A DNA stretch of 64,000 bases from the human T2T-CHM13v2.0 reference genome, Homo sapiens: the NCBI RefSeq assembly GCF_009914755.1, contig NC_060929.1, one strand, 5' to 3'. Below the pieces are notes generated by a model, which was given only the letters and a program-made list of their open reading frames with translations, had not been told where the DNA came from and made no database searches. Below, piece by piece: positions 1-13,014 of the stretch; the first letter of the stretch is position 1, and every line of letters begins with the position of its first letter. A program made the translations under genes and the position numbers.

Positions 1-1909
1 ATTCAGGTATATATAGGCATATATAATTGCATAATAATTTCTAATACTCTATAGTTTATGGAACCAGTTCTACTCCTCAATTTTTCAGGAGTTTTAGGTG
101 ACTTTGTCTAAGAAGACAGAGTTAATGTAAAAGTTGAGACTACAGTCTGATCTCTGGGCTTAATAACACAATGCTTTTACTTCTAGTTGTGTCACCTGCA
201 TCACTTTGGACAGGTTTTCTCCTTTTTGAGAGAAAGGAGAAAATTCCTGGGGTCTATCTCAGGCCCCCTTAAACATATTTGAGATAAGTTAATAATTATG
301 ATTCTTCTAATTTGGCCCCAGAAAGATAGCAGCTGATTTTTTCAAAGGCATGCAGATGATGTAGAATTAGAATTTCTCATGGTGGAAGAAATGGACAATT
401 CTTTGTCACAAAGAGAGAATATTATGTCTGGGACATTTTCACATTTTCACAAGTCTAAATAAAGCTGGTCCTTCTCAAAAGGATGTGGTGTGGAATAGGA
501 GGAGAATAAGTATTTGTCATATTGAGACATGAGAATTGTTGGTATCTCATAGGCTTTTTCTAACCAGCTACAAAACTTATGAAGGAAAAACTGTATAACT
601 CTATTGAAATGTATCTATAAAGAAGTCATTTTAAAGTAAGCAAGATTTGAGGTCTTAAAGCCATCAGAGTGTTGCAATTGGCAGAAAGGTACTGAAACAG
701 TTTGAAATCGCACACACTTACCCTGAATTCTACAGAACTAAATAAAAGCTATCAAGGGTTACTTGTGCAGATTTAATCCTGAGCTATACCAATTTATTGA
801 CATCTAGGCTAAAAATAATGGAATCTGACTGCCTCACTGAATCTCAGTCACTGGACAGTGTCCTGTCCAGATATCAGGGCTCTAGCTCCTTAATTCCTAG
901 CCTGACTTCCTGTTTCTCCTATGTGCTACAGCATGAGAGGTCAAGTAATATCAAGTTCCCAGGTGAAAACTAATGCTGATGTAAGCAGTTACATTAAAAA
1001 TAGAAAGGTGCAAACATGTTTACTCTGCCTGTCCCTTGTCCATCCTCCGTAGTGTAAAGAAATCTGTCTCTCCCAGTACCTTCCTTCCTAAGCAGCCATA
1101 TTTTGAATCATGTTGCTGTCCTCCTTCCCATTCGGGTTCTCACCCACTCCCAACACAATTTATTAGACCAGAGATGGCAATCTGACCCACAGGATGGCCA
1201 ACTTGGAAAAACACAAGCACTCAAACACGCAAACAAATGACTGACTTAGCTAGTCAGATTCCCAGTTTGGAAAACTGAATGGAAACCAAAGAAAGAAATA
1301 GCTATTTAAAAGCAGGAAAGCTAGACTATACAAGACAGGTGGAGCACTACTTTGTGTTACTAAAAAAAAAAAATTGAAAAAAAAAAACGAAAAACAAACA
1401 AACAAAAAAAACCCTTTTTATCTCCAATATCATACACTGGCATTTTTGTAGTTCATCTACTTTTTACTCTGACTGTCCTTATAGTAAACTTTCCTTTTTT
1501 TGAGCTAGCCTGAATGGTTCCTTCTTTCCAATCCAAAGATCACTGATTAAGACAATGAGAAGGAAGTTATCTTCCAAAATGCATCTCATTATCCTGTGAC
1601 TGAACTCTGACTCTAAGAGTGAACCTTGCAGTTCTTAAGTTCCTCCTTCTTAGATTGCAGCCCTTAGAACTCCCAGAGAGATATATGTCTTCTTGTGAAT
1701 ACCTCTCACTCATGCTCACCGTGTGCCCCTTACTCTTGCATGACACACTGTGGAGCAAGTCTGTCTCTCATAGTATAAACCTGACATTCTATTGTCTTCA
1801 TGCTCTGCCGGGCCTGAATCTTTAACATGCCTGATAGGGTAGCCAGTCCTATAAACGTTTTTGCTTTAACTTTGATTCTTTGTTGCTTTACTGGGAACAG
1901 AACTTAGTT

Positions 1910-2088
1910 TTCCAGGTTATTCTCAAACATCAGGGACAGAGCTAGTTAGAAACTGATTTTTATAGGTCTCATCCCACAGATTTTGAACCTATAAGCCTGA
2001 CATGGGCCCCAGAAATCTTTTTTTATCTTGTCTCCAGGTAGTGTTGACACAAGTGATTCTTGAATCAAACTTTGAGAAATACTGCTCT
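1910..2088. mobile_element. MER5-type hAT-Charlie MITE, degraded
   Basis: Resembles the MER5 consensus, ending ...ctccaggt...aactttgagaaatactg. Confidence 0.55.
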
Positions 2089-3269
2089 GGGACATTGAAT
2101 CCCAAATCCAGCAGGAAACCAGTGGATTATTATCATACCCAGGAGAGTGTTTTAAGTGATCTCTTTCTGGGTCACACCATGGATGTTCTAACTAAATAGT
2201 TCTGAATACAAAGATGGAATCATGTTATAAGGTATAATTTCTCCTGTATGTCTCAGATTGTGGACAATTTTTCTGTGCCATGCTTATTGCACACAGTCTT
2301 GCTCTTCTCTGGACATAGCGGTCACTATTTCTGGCAGAAGGCAGAGAACTTGCTCATTTGAAAGGTTCCTCAGCCCAAGACTTATATGGTCCTGTCTTTC
2401 CCTTCTTGCAGTTGCTAATCATCATTCAAGCATGAACATTACTGCATTTATGGGTTGTTCCTGAATTTGAAAATGTCTCACTTGGCCACATGAAAACCAT
2501 TAGAACTGAATTCAACTTTCTCATTTCATGAGGTATAATTTATGAAGTATCCATCTGGATCCTCAGAACAGTTTCTACTTAAATGCTCTTATCAACATGA
2601 ATAATGTGTAATTAGTCCTGTCTGGCTTGAAAGGATACTTTAGTATTTCACAAGAATCTCTTGGAAGTGTATTAATTTATTGTGGCTTGCTCTTCTGCAC
2701 AAACATCAACAGAGCAGAAAATGTCACTGGGCAGAGGTGGATATGAAGTAGTTCCTCAGAGAAGATTATATTTGTTCAAATATTGCTAATTTTTCCTTTC
2801 TTAAATCTATTTTAAGGAAGTAACAGTACAGGTTGACTTTCAAGTTTACAAAATTACAAATGGTGACAACTTTCAAAGAACACATAATTTATATGCCACT
2901 AATTTCTTGCCGTGTAGCCAGCTCTCAATTTTTTTTTCTATGTATCCTTCCCAAAGAAGCTCCAATATCTGGTTTCTTGAATTACAAAAGACGGAATCAC
3001 CTTGGGGGTTCACGTATGCAGCCTAGGGCAGACAGGACTTCCGGTTTCCCAGGACAGAACCAGGAATTGGGTTTAATTTTTCGTCAGACAGATCTTAAGA
3101 CCTAGTTATACAGATCTTTCTTAATTTTCTTCCTTGAAATTAGAAACATTTTTCTCAACAATTAATGGTCAAAGGGAATGATCAAGAAATAGTGATTTGG
3201 GTAAAACATCTTAAATTAGTGATTCATGTTTAACAGCGGTGATGACTGAGAATTTAGTTTAGCTCACTG

Positions 3270-3800
3270 CAGGATTCAGCCAAATCTGAACAAGTCTGAA
3301 GAATCCAGTGACAGGTATGACCAGACTCTAGGGAATTTGAAATGAGATTCTGAGAATTGAGAACTTCTGCCCCAACAGAAGACTGTGGACCACTTTTATC
3401 AACATGACTGAGTTGTTTCAGAAAATCCTTTTTTCTGGGAAAGATAAGACTGTAAGCCAATAAATCCCTTTATTGTTTACTTTAGGACATTCCCACAGAT
3501 CAGTAACAGGAGACACTAATCTGTTCACCTTAGTTATAAAGATTTGCCTCATTTATTTATTCTAAACTATTTTATTATTTATTCTAAACTATTTTATTAT
3601 TAATTTTTCCCCATCCTAATTAGTTCCTTGACTTGAAAGATCTACTGTAATCCATTTGAACCCAGATGCCATCTGACTTTCCCCTTCTGATATGCTGCTA
3701 AGACTCTGTCAAGGTACTTTTCACCCTTACTGTGGCATGTTATAATAAATGTAGCTGATTTAATGGGTTTCCTGGTGACATATTAGGTAATTTGACCATT
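3270..3800 (+). mobile_element. Old ERV LTR-like fragment (MER90/MER110-like; family uncertain)
   Basis: LTR-like 3' part ...actctgtcaagg...cccttactg...aataaa; weak recall only. Confidence 0.3.
3556..3599. repeat. Perfect 22-bp tandem duplication
   Basis: tttattctaaactattttatta occurs twice in tandem. Confidence 0.9.
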
Positions 3801-4109
3801 CTTAATTCAGCATAGTTTCTATCATTTAGATAGTCCTTCCAGCATAGAACACATACTTTGACCCATAAGAGATGCTGGAAAATGAGATCTAGCTACGTTA
3901 GTAAAAGGAAACCCAGTTAGGTAAGTGCAGCATAACATTCTGAGAATACAGTGGTACATAATCCAGGTGATCAGTTGATTTAATAGCAAAGCACATCAAT
4001 TATCCCTCCAAATGGAGATAAGAGGATGGTGTCAGACAAGTTCCCAGGTGGACAGCAAGCATAATCAACAGAAATCCACATGGTGACCAGTGAAAAGGAA
4101 AAGAGCAGG

Positions 4110-4230
4110 GGCTGTTGGTCTAGAATGCCAGCATCCAAATCCTAACTCTGTCATTTACTAACCATGTGACCTTACAAATTCAATTTCATGCAGATAATTG
4201 TTGTACCTGCCTCATAGGGTGGTTATGAGA
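4110..4230 (+). mobile_element. MIR fragment
   Basis: aatcctaactctgtcatttactaaccatgtgacctt...gtacctgcctcatagggtggttatgaga matches the MIR core. Confidence 0.65.
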
Positions 4231-4254
4231 TGTGTGTGTGTGTGTGTGTGTGTG
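4231..4254. repeat. (TG)n microsatellite
   Basis: Direct TG run. Confidence 0.95.
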
Positions 4255-5029
4255 CATGCACATGTTCATTCACGTAATAAAAAGTACTATATAATGTTTG
4301 ACAGTATTTTATATTGTTTATTGGCAAATATCAAATCTAAAGAAATCTTGTATTTGAACAAAATAAGGAAAAAAATAAACATTTATAAGGTATCTTGGGG
4401 TAGGGGACAACTGATGATAGTGAAGAGACACACCATCTTTATTATTTATAAGAAGAATGAAACTCTGAAAACAATTTTCTGTAGGAACCAGAACAAGTAT
4501 CTAGAAGGCTATTAAGGATCCCTCTCATGAAATGCGGCACACAGCACCCTGCTGACTATAAGCAGCTCCTAGCAGAAAGCTACTGTCCCTATCTAGTTGA
4601 GAAGGATGGAGTAGCCACAGCATCACATGGCGTATTATAAATACTGTAGAAATAAACACAGCATCTCTGGGGGATTCCAGAAGTACCTTGGAATGGGGAC
4701 GATTAGGAATTCTTCAGGAAGTTGCAGACATATATTAGGGGTCAATGCCAGAAATATTTGGATACAGGTGCTTCTATAACATCATTTGTATCCAGACTGA
4801 TAAGTCCTGAAAACATTTTGAGTATGCAAAGATTATCGACACGTTTATTTAGTACGTTTTAGTTTTAATTTGATGACTACTAACTTTCACATTTTTCATA
4901 TTATATGTCATATAATTCTCACCCATTGAGGTAGTGATAATTATTATTAGAATTTACTACAGTTATTAAAATGAGAATATTGAAACTCAAAGATTGTGAC
5001 AGATGTATTTTCTTAAAATGAACACAATG

Positions 5030-5533
5030 CTATTTCTTGCCCCATATGCTGTCTAGGCCCTTGCCCCACTTCCTGGGGCAAGAGGTGGTGATTAGTCTCT
5101 CCCCCTTCCAGAAACTGAGCTGGCCTTTGTGGCTGCCTGGACATATAGGATGAGACAGAGGTGAAACTGCATAACTCCCAAGGTGGGATCACAAAAAGCA
5201 ATATGGCTTTTCTCTAGCTCTCTCTGTCTCAACACTCGTCCTTGAAATCCAGCCACCATGTCTCAGGGAAGCCTACACCACATGAAAAGAAGTCCATATA
5301 TAAGTGTTGTAGTCAACAGCCCCAATTAAATTCTCAGTCAATAATCATCAACTGCCAGACACATGTGTGAGAAAACCTTCAGATGTTTCCAGCTTCTAGT
5401 TTTCAGGCTGCCTCAGTTTACACCAACTATAACTATCTCCACAAAGCCCAGCCCTAATTGCAGGTTCATGAACAAAATAAATGTTTAAGCACTGTTTTGA
5501 GGTAGTTTTCTATTCATCTTAAACACCTGGAAC
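5030..5533 (+). mobile_element. MLT1G/H-type MaLR LTR
   Basis: ccagccaccatg...catcaactgccagacacatgtgtgag...gcaggttcatgaacaaaataaatg...ctggaaca terminus. Confidence 0.7.
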
Positions 5534-5859
5534 AGAGATCAAGCATTCGTATTTGGAAATCTGAGAACAATGTATTTGTAGGGGGAAAAGTATTTGTATT
5601 GAAATATAGGTCAACACAAAGTGCAGCATCTTTCTGTTATGGCTCTTCTAGCATATACTATGCATACCATTTATTGATACTTAGCCTATATGTGATGTGT
5701 GGTACTTGTTTATTTTTATTTTTAGGCATTTACATTTTATTTTTCCAGTTACATCATTAGTTCTTTGAGGAATAAACTGTTACTTTTTAATCACAAAATA
5801 TCTGGATTAATATCTTAAATACAAAGCAGCCCTTACCCTATTTACTTTTCTTTCTTTCT

Positions 5860-6042
5860 CATAGCATACTTAAATACATTGTATAATTTACTTATTTATG
5901 TTTGTATTGTCTGTCTCATATCATGAGCTTCTTAAGTGCAGAAGTCTTTGTTTTGTTCACTGACATACTTCATTTAACTAAAATAGTGGCTGGAAAATAG
6001 TAGGCACTCAATATAGTTTTAATAAAAAAGTGAATAGATGAA
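5860..6042 (+). mobile_element. L2 3' end
   Basis: tttgttttgttcactg...atagtaggcactcaata...tgaatagatgaat. Confidence 0.7.
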
Positions 6043-7241
6043 TTTGTTTTCAGAAGACCTCTCTGCATCAAAATAAAGTAATACCATGGTCATCCTTGGG
6101 AAATTACTGAAAGAACTTGAATTCTTTAACTCTCAAAACCTTTACTAATTGGCTGTCAGGAGCTTGTTATTAACACCTATCTGTGTAGTTTGAAAACATC
6201 TTTTGTTATTCTGTAAGGTGAGAGTAAAAGTTTTTATAAAAATTTTCTTGGTCACAGCAATTTTTTTTCTACATGATTAAAATAAATGTAACCAAAAAGG
6301 TGAAGAATAAGGGAAGAATGTTGAAGAAATGTTTGGAGGAGGCAAGCCAAAAAACCGTGTGTATCATGCCATTTTTATTTAAAGTAAATACACTAATTGT
6401 AAGTATGTATTTCATAGCTTTTTTCCCTCATTTTTCACATCATGCTAGAGATAACTCTGTTTACAAAACTTACCTGAGACACCACAGAAACTGAGTCATG
6501 ATCTGCAAATAGACAAATGCAGAGACTGGGATAAATATGAAGAGAAAAGAGTGGGGGGAACTCAGCATGGAACATAGAGGGAGAGAACAAAGTAACATGG
6601 AAGTGCCCAGAACCCAAGAAGAAATGTGACTCAATGTAGAATTCCCACTTGTAGGATGGCAGAAGGACATTTAAAAATGGAAACACAATAACATTCATTC
6701 AAAGATGTTTGTATTTGTGAAAAGCACACCCCCTCATATGTCTCAAATCTTCATTAAAATCTGTCAGCATTTGCATAAGTCCCCATAGGGTAAGCCAGGA
6801 TATTAAAGAGAGAGAGCATTTGATTACAAAGCAAGAAAATTCTCCGACTTGGTTTATTTAACAGAAGCAGGAACTGCACATTCCTTTTGGAGTCCACTGG
6901 ACTTAGAGTCCACTGCATTTGGAGTCCACTGTATATGACTCCAAGAAATGCAGCCCTTGTCTCAAGGAATCCCTGGAGAGAATAGGAAAGGAGTTGAGTC
7001 TCACAAAGCACGTATGATTGATTGAGCTAATTCCATTTGAATTTCAAATTATAAGGTAGTGTCAGGGGCTTAGTTTTCTCCAGGTATTATACATTTCTTT
7101 CTATTTCCCTATGGCCCGTGTTTTAGAAATCTCATTTTTCTATTTCCATACCCTCTACCTAAAACATTTTATACAAAATTAGCAAATCTGATATTTTTGA
7201 TAAATATCCCAACAATGGGCACAGTATTCAGTAAAATCTCA

Positions 7242-7690
<449 letters not shown>

Positions 7691-8082
7691 CTATATGCCA
7701 AGTCTTAGGGAAATAGTTGTAAATATGGTAATTGTGGATTCTAGACACATGAAGTTTACTAGCCATTGCAGAATTTGTCTATCTTGTACAACTTCAAACC
7801 TAGGATTGTACAAAATACATCCAAAATACTCCATCAATGGACCAATTAATTTTTATTTCTACTGAGACAGAAAGAAAAATCATTGAATGAATTTAATGCA
7901 GAAATAGTATTTTTAAAAGCTTTAGAGACCAAGTCTCAAGCTTAACATTTCAATTTTCATTTCACTGAAGAGTCACAAAAGACAAAAATAATAAGTTTAA
8001 TTATTATTAGAATTGTGTAGAAAAGATAAGAATGTACCATTCTTTCAAGTTACCTCTAATTAGAAAGTTACCTTTCAAATTA

Positions 8083-8260
8083 AGTACTGGCTACTTAACT
8101 TGTGGACCAGTACAAAATAAAAATACAGGGATTTTGTTCAAAAAACCTTATTTAAAAATTTAAGACAGTGACAGCAGAGCATTTAAGAAAGCAAATAGTC
8201 CTTCTAAGCACAGAGCCCTAATGCAAATGCAGAGCTTGCACAACCATGAAGCCAGCTCTG
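8083..8260 (-). mobile_element. MER45A-type hAT MITE
   Basis: Reverse complement matches cagggccggcttcatgg...aatgctctgctgtc...cttgaaattc. Confidence 0.65.
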
Positions 8261-8348
8261 TCTCTAAGCTCACAATTCATTTAATCTGTTCTAGCATTGT
8301 ATTTGATGTTTAACAAAGCAAACACCTAATGGAGGGGAAAATCTAGCT

Positions 8349-8398
8349 GTAACCAAAAAGGCAAGTAAATAGTAACCAAAAAGGCAAGTAAATAGTAA
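8349..8398. repeat. Perfect 23-bp tandem duplication
   Basis: gtaaccaaaaaggcaagtaaata twice, plus gtaa. Confidence 0.92.
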
Positions 8399-9959
8399 GT
8401 AAGCTTAGGAATGCATTTCATGGACATGTAGAATCTTAAGGTTTAATGGGTAATCAGTCTGCAGATACTTACTCTAAAACAAGAAGGAATTATTAAGTAT
8501 ATCCCTAAATGCAAATGAACCTAATGTATTTTACTTTGTACTAAAAAAAGAAAAATTATTTTGGAAATAGAAGTTTGTCAGACAAATTCATAACACAAGA
8601 AGCCATCCTGTAAGAGAAGTTGATTGTTAACAAGCAAGGTTTCTTAATTAATTATGGGCAATTTACTGTGTAATTGGATTTAGGTAATTGCACAAAACAG
8701 ACTGGAAATAAGTTGTACTTAAGTCTTTTTTTTTTTTTTTTCATTTTAATTTGTGCACATTTTGTGGTTACTCCGTCTATAAATAATTCATTTCCTATCA
8801 CTCAGGGCTTCAGTTTCTTCATCTGAAAGATGAGAAGTTTCAGCTAATAGAGTTCTGAATGCTTTCCCAGCCCTAATTAAATTCAGCATTATTTGTTAGT
8901 AACACACTGCCTACGAATTCCTGCACTGCAGAATGTATGAAGAGTAAGCCTCTGTTTCTTAGCACAGTTTATAATCCAGAAGGCAAAGCAAGCAAGGCAG
9001 TCAGAATTATGATGCAAGACAGCTGCAAAATTCTTAATCTTTTATTTTAACAAAATAATCTTACCAAAGATACACAGAAACTTTCAAGGTTTGGGAAGGA
9101 GGCAAAATTAATAGGCTGGAAGCATCTAACACAAATCAGTATCCTTAAAAAATGTAGATGTACATGCCAGAGGCTTGAATGAGGTTTTCATGCTAGTTTA
9201 TAGACAGCGTTTGTGCTGTTGTGTTGTCATGCATACAAATACCCAGAGTCAATCTTACCTTACAAGTAAGCTTCCTATATATTAGGATGTGTTGATGAAA
9301 TGCATAACATGGCCACTGTTTCAGAACACATTTATCACTGACTATTGCAGTAAAATGACCATAAGACAAAACGCTGACTTTCTTAATCCACTTGTTTTGT
9401 ACCCTGGGAAATTTTATTTGGTTGGCAGCTTTTTCAACATACATTGCTTTCATCTCACATATTTGGTCCAGCTGATTGAATCAGTGACATAGGATCATCA
9501 TTCATCTTTTAATAAACAATGAAAATCAGTAAGATTAAAAAGTGACAGCTTGAAACAGAGCATTAAATAGATCTGAAGTAGCAGAAATTGAGTTATCATG
9601 GCTTTAACTCTTTAAAGATTTTCAAAGGTCTCCAGTCTGTCTTTGGGGCCCCATTTCCTGGCTTGTTTAAAATGAAACCAAGGATTTTAAATGATGTGCC
9701 AGAGAGGCCAAGAGTCAGTACCTGAACTAGCTGGGCCTGTGAGCAGAGAGAGAGCAAGAGACAGCAAAAGCAATATATGTTCTGAAGTTCAAAAGAATTA
9801 AGAGTAGAATTTTGATAAAAAATTAAATTCATAAAAATGTGCTTATTTGGTTTTAGGATTTGAAACGTTACGTCCCTAGTTATCAACTTGAAAAATGTTG
9901 TAATATTGAATATTCTAGTTTGAGAACCCATGAAAATAGACACTGGAATAGAGAATTGT

Positions 9960-10252
9960 AAGCTGGTGGCTTGTTGTAGAGTGTCTTAGAGAAGACAGAG
10001 AAGGAAGCAGGACTAGGCTAGGGGAGAAGTCAAACTGTGATGTCTTTGCAACAGAGGCCTCAGCCATTCCCACATGGAGTCCAGAGGCTGGTTTGGTTCT
10101 TCACATATGTCCCAACTTGAAGGAAAAGGCTAGGCCTTTCTGCCCCGGGAAGGCCTCAGCTGCAAGCAATCAGCAGGCAACACTACTGACAGGTGGGGGT
10201 ATGGGTGCCTTGGTACTAAAGAGGGGATCTGGGCCATGCATCCCTGCATCCA
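9960..10252 (-). mobile_element. ERVL LTR (LTR16/LTR33 group), 3' LTR
   Basis: ggagaagtcaaactgtgatg...gcaacagaggcctcagcc...gaggggatctggg...gcatcca; continues after two insertions into PPT/internal sequence. Confidence 0.65.
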
Positions 10253-10640
10253 TGATATTGTTGGGCTCTGTGTCCCTACCCAAATCTCATCTCGAATTGT
10301 AATCCCAACATGTCAAGGGAGAGATGTGTAATCTCCACATGCCAAGTGAGGGAGGTGATTGGATCATGGGGGCAGTTTGCCCAGTGCTGTTCTCATGATA
10401 GTGAGTGAGTTCTCACAAGATCTGATGGTTTTATAAGCATCTGTCATTTCCCCTGCTTGCACTCACTCCTTCCTGCTACCTTGTGAAGAAGGTGCCTGCT
10501 TCCTTAGTCTTCTACCATGATTCTAAGTTTCCTGAGGCCTCCCCAGCCATGTGGAACTGTGAGTCAATTAAATCTCTTTCCTTTATAAATTATGCAGTCA
10601 TGGGCATTTATTTATAGCAGTGTGAAAATGGACTAATACA
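10253..10640 (+). mobile_element. THE1D solo LTR
   Basis: tgatat...gctctgtgtccctacccaaatctcatctcgaattgtaatccc...gactaataca; perfect 5-bp TSD ATCCA. Confidence 0.92.
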
Positions 10641-10652
10641 ATCCATTAGAGT

Positions 10653-11080
10653 TGTGAAAGAAAAATATCTTGGGTCCTTTCAAGCTGGGAACCGCTCAGG
10701 GCAAATCTGCCTCCTATTCTATTCAAGTCAGCCCTTTGCTCACAGAGATAGATGCATTTTCTGATTGCCTTCTTTGCAAAGACTTATCAAAAACTCAAAA
10801 GAATGCAACCATCTGTCTCTTACCTACCTGTGACCTGGAAGCCCTCGGTGGGGGGGCCTTGCTTTGAGCTGTCTCTGCCTTTCTGGATGGAACTAGTAAA
10901 CTTCTTACATACTGATTAATGGCTCATCTCCCTAAAATGTATAAAACCAAGCTATGCCCCGACCACCGTTAGGAAACATGTTGTCAGGACTTCCTAAGGC
11001 TGTGTCACGGGTGCGTCCTCTACCTTGGCAAGATAAAATTTCTAAATTAACTGAGACCTGTTTCAGACTTTCTTGTTTCA
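10653..11080 (+). mobile_element. MER4A1-type ERV1 solo LTR
   Basis: tgtgaaagaaaaatatcttgggt...aaactcaaaagaatgcaacc...ctaaattaactgagacctg; 4-bp TSD GAGT. Confidence 0.88.
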
Positions 11081-11084
11081 GAGT

Positions 11085-11760
11085 TCACCCATTGCATTGT
11101 TCAGATCCACTTGCTTCATCCCATCTGGGAATTGCTCCTCTAGGATTGAGGTCAATCTCTCTTCCTGGGAAAACTTATACAAGGAAGGTTAGTAGAATGA
11201 ACTACAGCCTCCATAATTACAACTGGTCTCAGGGCTATAAATAATACTCATCATTTTCTTGCTCAACTACCCACTTTAGATTACTCTCACCCTCATCTAG
11301 CACCTCTGCTAGTCTGAAAGATTTACCTGAGGAGGTGACCCTGACTCTCATCCCTAAGTTTTACAGCCCCATGATCTTTTCAAAACATTGTTTTTGCCCT
11401 TGTCTATTTACTATCAAAATTAGAAAAGAAACAAGAGAAGCAATTAACTAGTTAATCCTGGTTAGAAGAGAAGCAATTAACTAGTTAATCCTAGTTAATC
11501 ATATGCATGCCAAATATATATTTTTCCCTGCCCCCATTGATTAACAACAGCCCTGTCTCTTGATGATTACAGTCAATTATCACAATTAGGATAGTGCTTC
11601 TTCTCATCAGCTGGTGGTTTTGGTACAAGGGGGCCAAAGTGTCCAGGGAGTACACTAGCTGTGTTTTCTCACTGAAGCCTTTTCCCTCATAGAACCGGAT
11701 CCTTTGGACCAGTAGAGACTTGCAAAGAAGAAAAGCACAATTATCCAAGTGCATCTCTGA
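11085..11760 (-). mobile_element. ERVL internal region (3' end, PPT side), degraded
   Basis: tcacccattgc...cagatccacttgcttc continues the interrupted ERVL LTR; right boundary uncertain. Confidence 0.45.
11433..11500. repeat. 33-bp-period tandem duplication containing a 14-bp palindrome
   Basis: aagagaagcaattaactagttaatcct twice, then a partial ctagttaatc. Confidence 0.9.
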
Positions 11761-11961
11761 AATTAATGGTAGCACAAAGAAGGAATAAGAGGAAGGATTA
11801 GTACAGAGATTGTTTGTATATAATAATATGAGTATTAGTATAAAATAAAGTCAAAGATTGATAGAAAAGTTAAAATGATTATTTTAGCAATCCAGGCAAA
11901 AAAACGATGAAAGCCTAAAGTAGGGCAGCAGCAATGTGGAAGAATGGTTGGCATTTGAGAG

Positions 11962-12403
11962 TTTCACTCGCGTCCGTGTGAAGAGACCATGAAACAGGCT
12001 TTGTGTGAGCAATAAAGCTTTTTAATCACCTGGGTGCAGGCTGGCTGAGTCCAAAAAGAGAGTCAGTGAACGGAGATAGGGGTGGGGCTATTTTATAAGA
12101 TTTGGGTAGGTAAAGGAAAATTATAGTCAAAGGGGGGTTGTTCTCTGGTGGGCAGGAGTGGGGATCACAAGATGCTCAGTGGGGGAGTTTTTGAGTCAGG
12201 AAAAGGAATTTCACAAGGTAATGTCATCACTTAAGGCAAGGACTGGCCATTTTCACTTCTTTTGTGGTGGAATATCATCAGTTAAGGCAGGAACAGGCCA
12301 TTTTCACTTCTTTTGTGATTCTTCAGTTACTTCAGGCCATCTGGGCATATACGTGCAGGTCACAGGGGATGCGATGGCTTAGCTTGGGCTCAGAGGCCTG
12401 ACA
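11962..12403 (-). mobile_element. LTR7-family (HERV-H) solo LTR
   Basis: Reverse complement starts TGTCAGGCCTCTGAGCCCAAGCTAAGCCATCGCATCCCC and ends CACACGGACGCGAGTGAAA; U3 tandem repeat present; TSD GAGAG/GAGAC. Confidence 0.96.
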
Positions 12404-12794
12404 GAGACATTTTTAAAAATGGAATAAACCAGATTCATTCATAGAAGGAGGGTCCTAAGATAATTCCCATGATTCTAGCTTAGATTATCACAAACAAAGA
12501 TGGAAGATACAGGATAAAGAGTAGATTTGGTCCTTTATTTGGTTTGTTTTCAAGGTGCCACAGGAGACTCTTGATATTTTAGTGTCCTATACTGATCAGT
12601 GAAAATGGGGAACCCCTTGATTCTTTGCTAGTTTCAAACTTCAGGCCTCCTTTACATGACCCACACATGAAAGTTAGCTGTGTCTGAATTTCAGAAACCG
12701 TAACAAGCATAACTTCATATTTTATATCTTTTAAATTTTCTATTTAGATTACATTCCTATAGAAATTAATTTAGAGTAAAACTAACATGTCAGC

Positions 12795-12960
12795 ACTATG
12801 ATGACTACTCCAAAATTTATATTTCTATCCTGTTTTTTCTTCCAGCTCCAACTGCATATTCCAATCTGCCTGCTGGACATTTTCTCATGGGAAGCCTGCC
12901 GGAGTCTCAAACTCAGCACATCCAAATTCAGTTCAGCTTCACCTCTGCTACCTCTTCGCC
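12795..12960 (+). mobile_element. L2 ORF2 fragment
   Basis: gatgact..ccaaaatttatatttct...ccaatctgcctgctggacat...ctcaaactcagcacatccaaa. Confidence 0.65.
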
Positions 12961-13014
12961 TCATCTGCAAGCAGGCTGGAGCTCTTTTTCTGATAAAGAA
13001 ACCACCATCCTCTG

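Noticed and set aside
1362-1412. A-rich tract as a solo poly(A) retro-insertion
   Set aside because: No TSD or element body is visible; indistinguishable from low-complexity expansion.
12215-12320. Roughly 52-bp direct repeat (ttaaggca...ggccattttcacttcttttgtg)
   Set aside because: This is the known U3 tandem repeat of LTR7.
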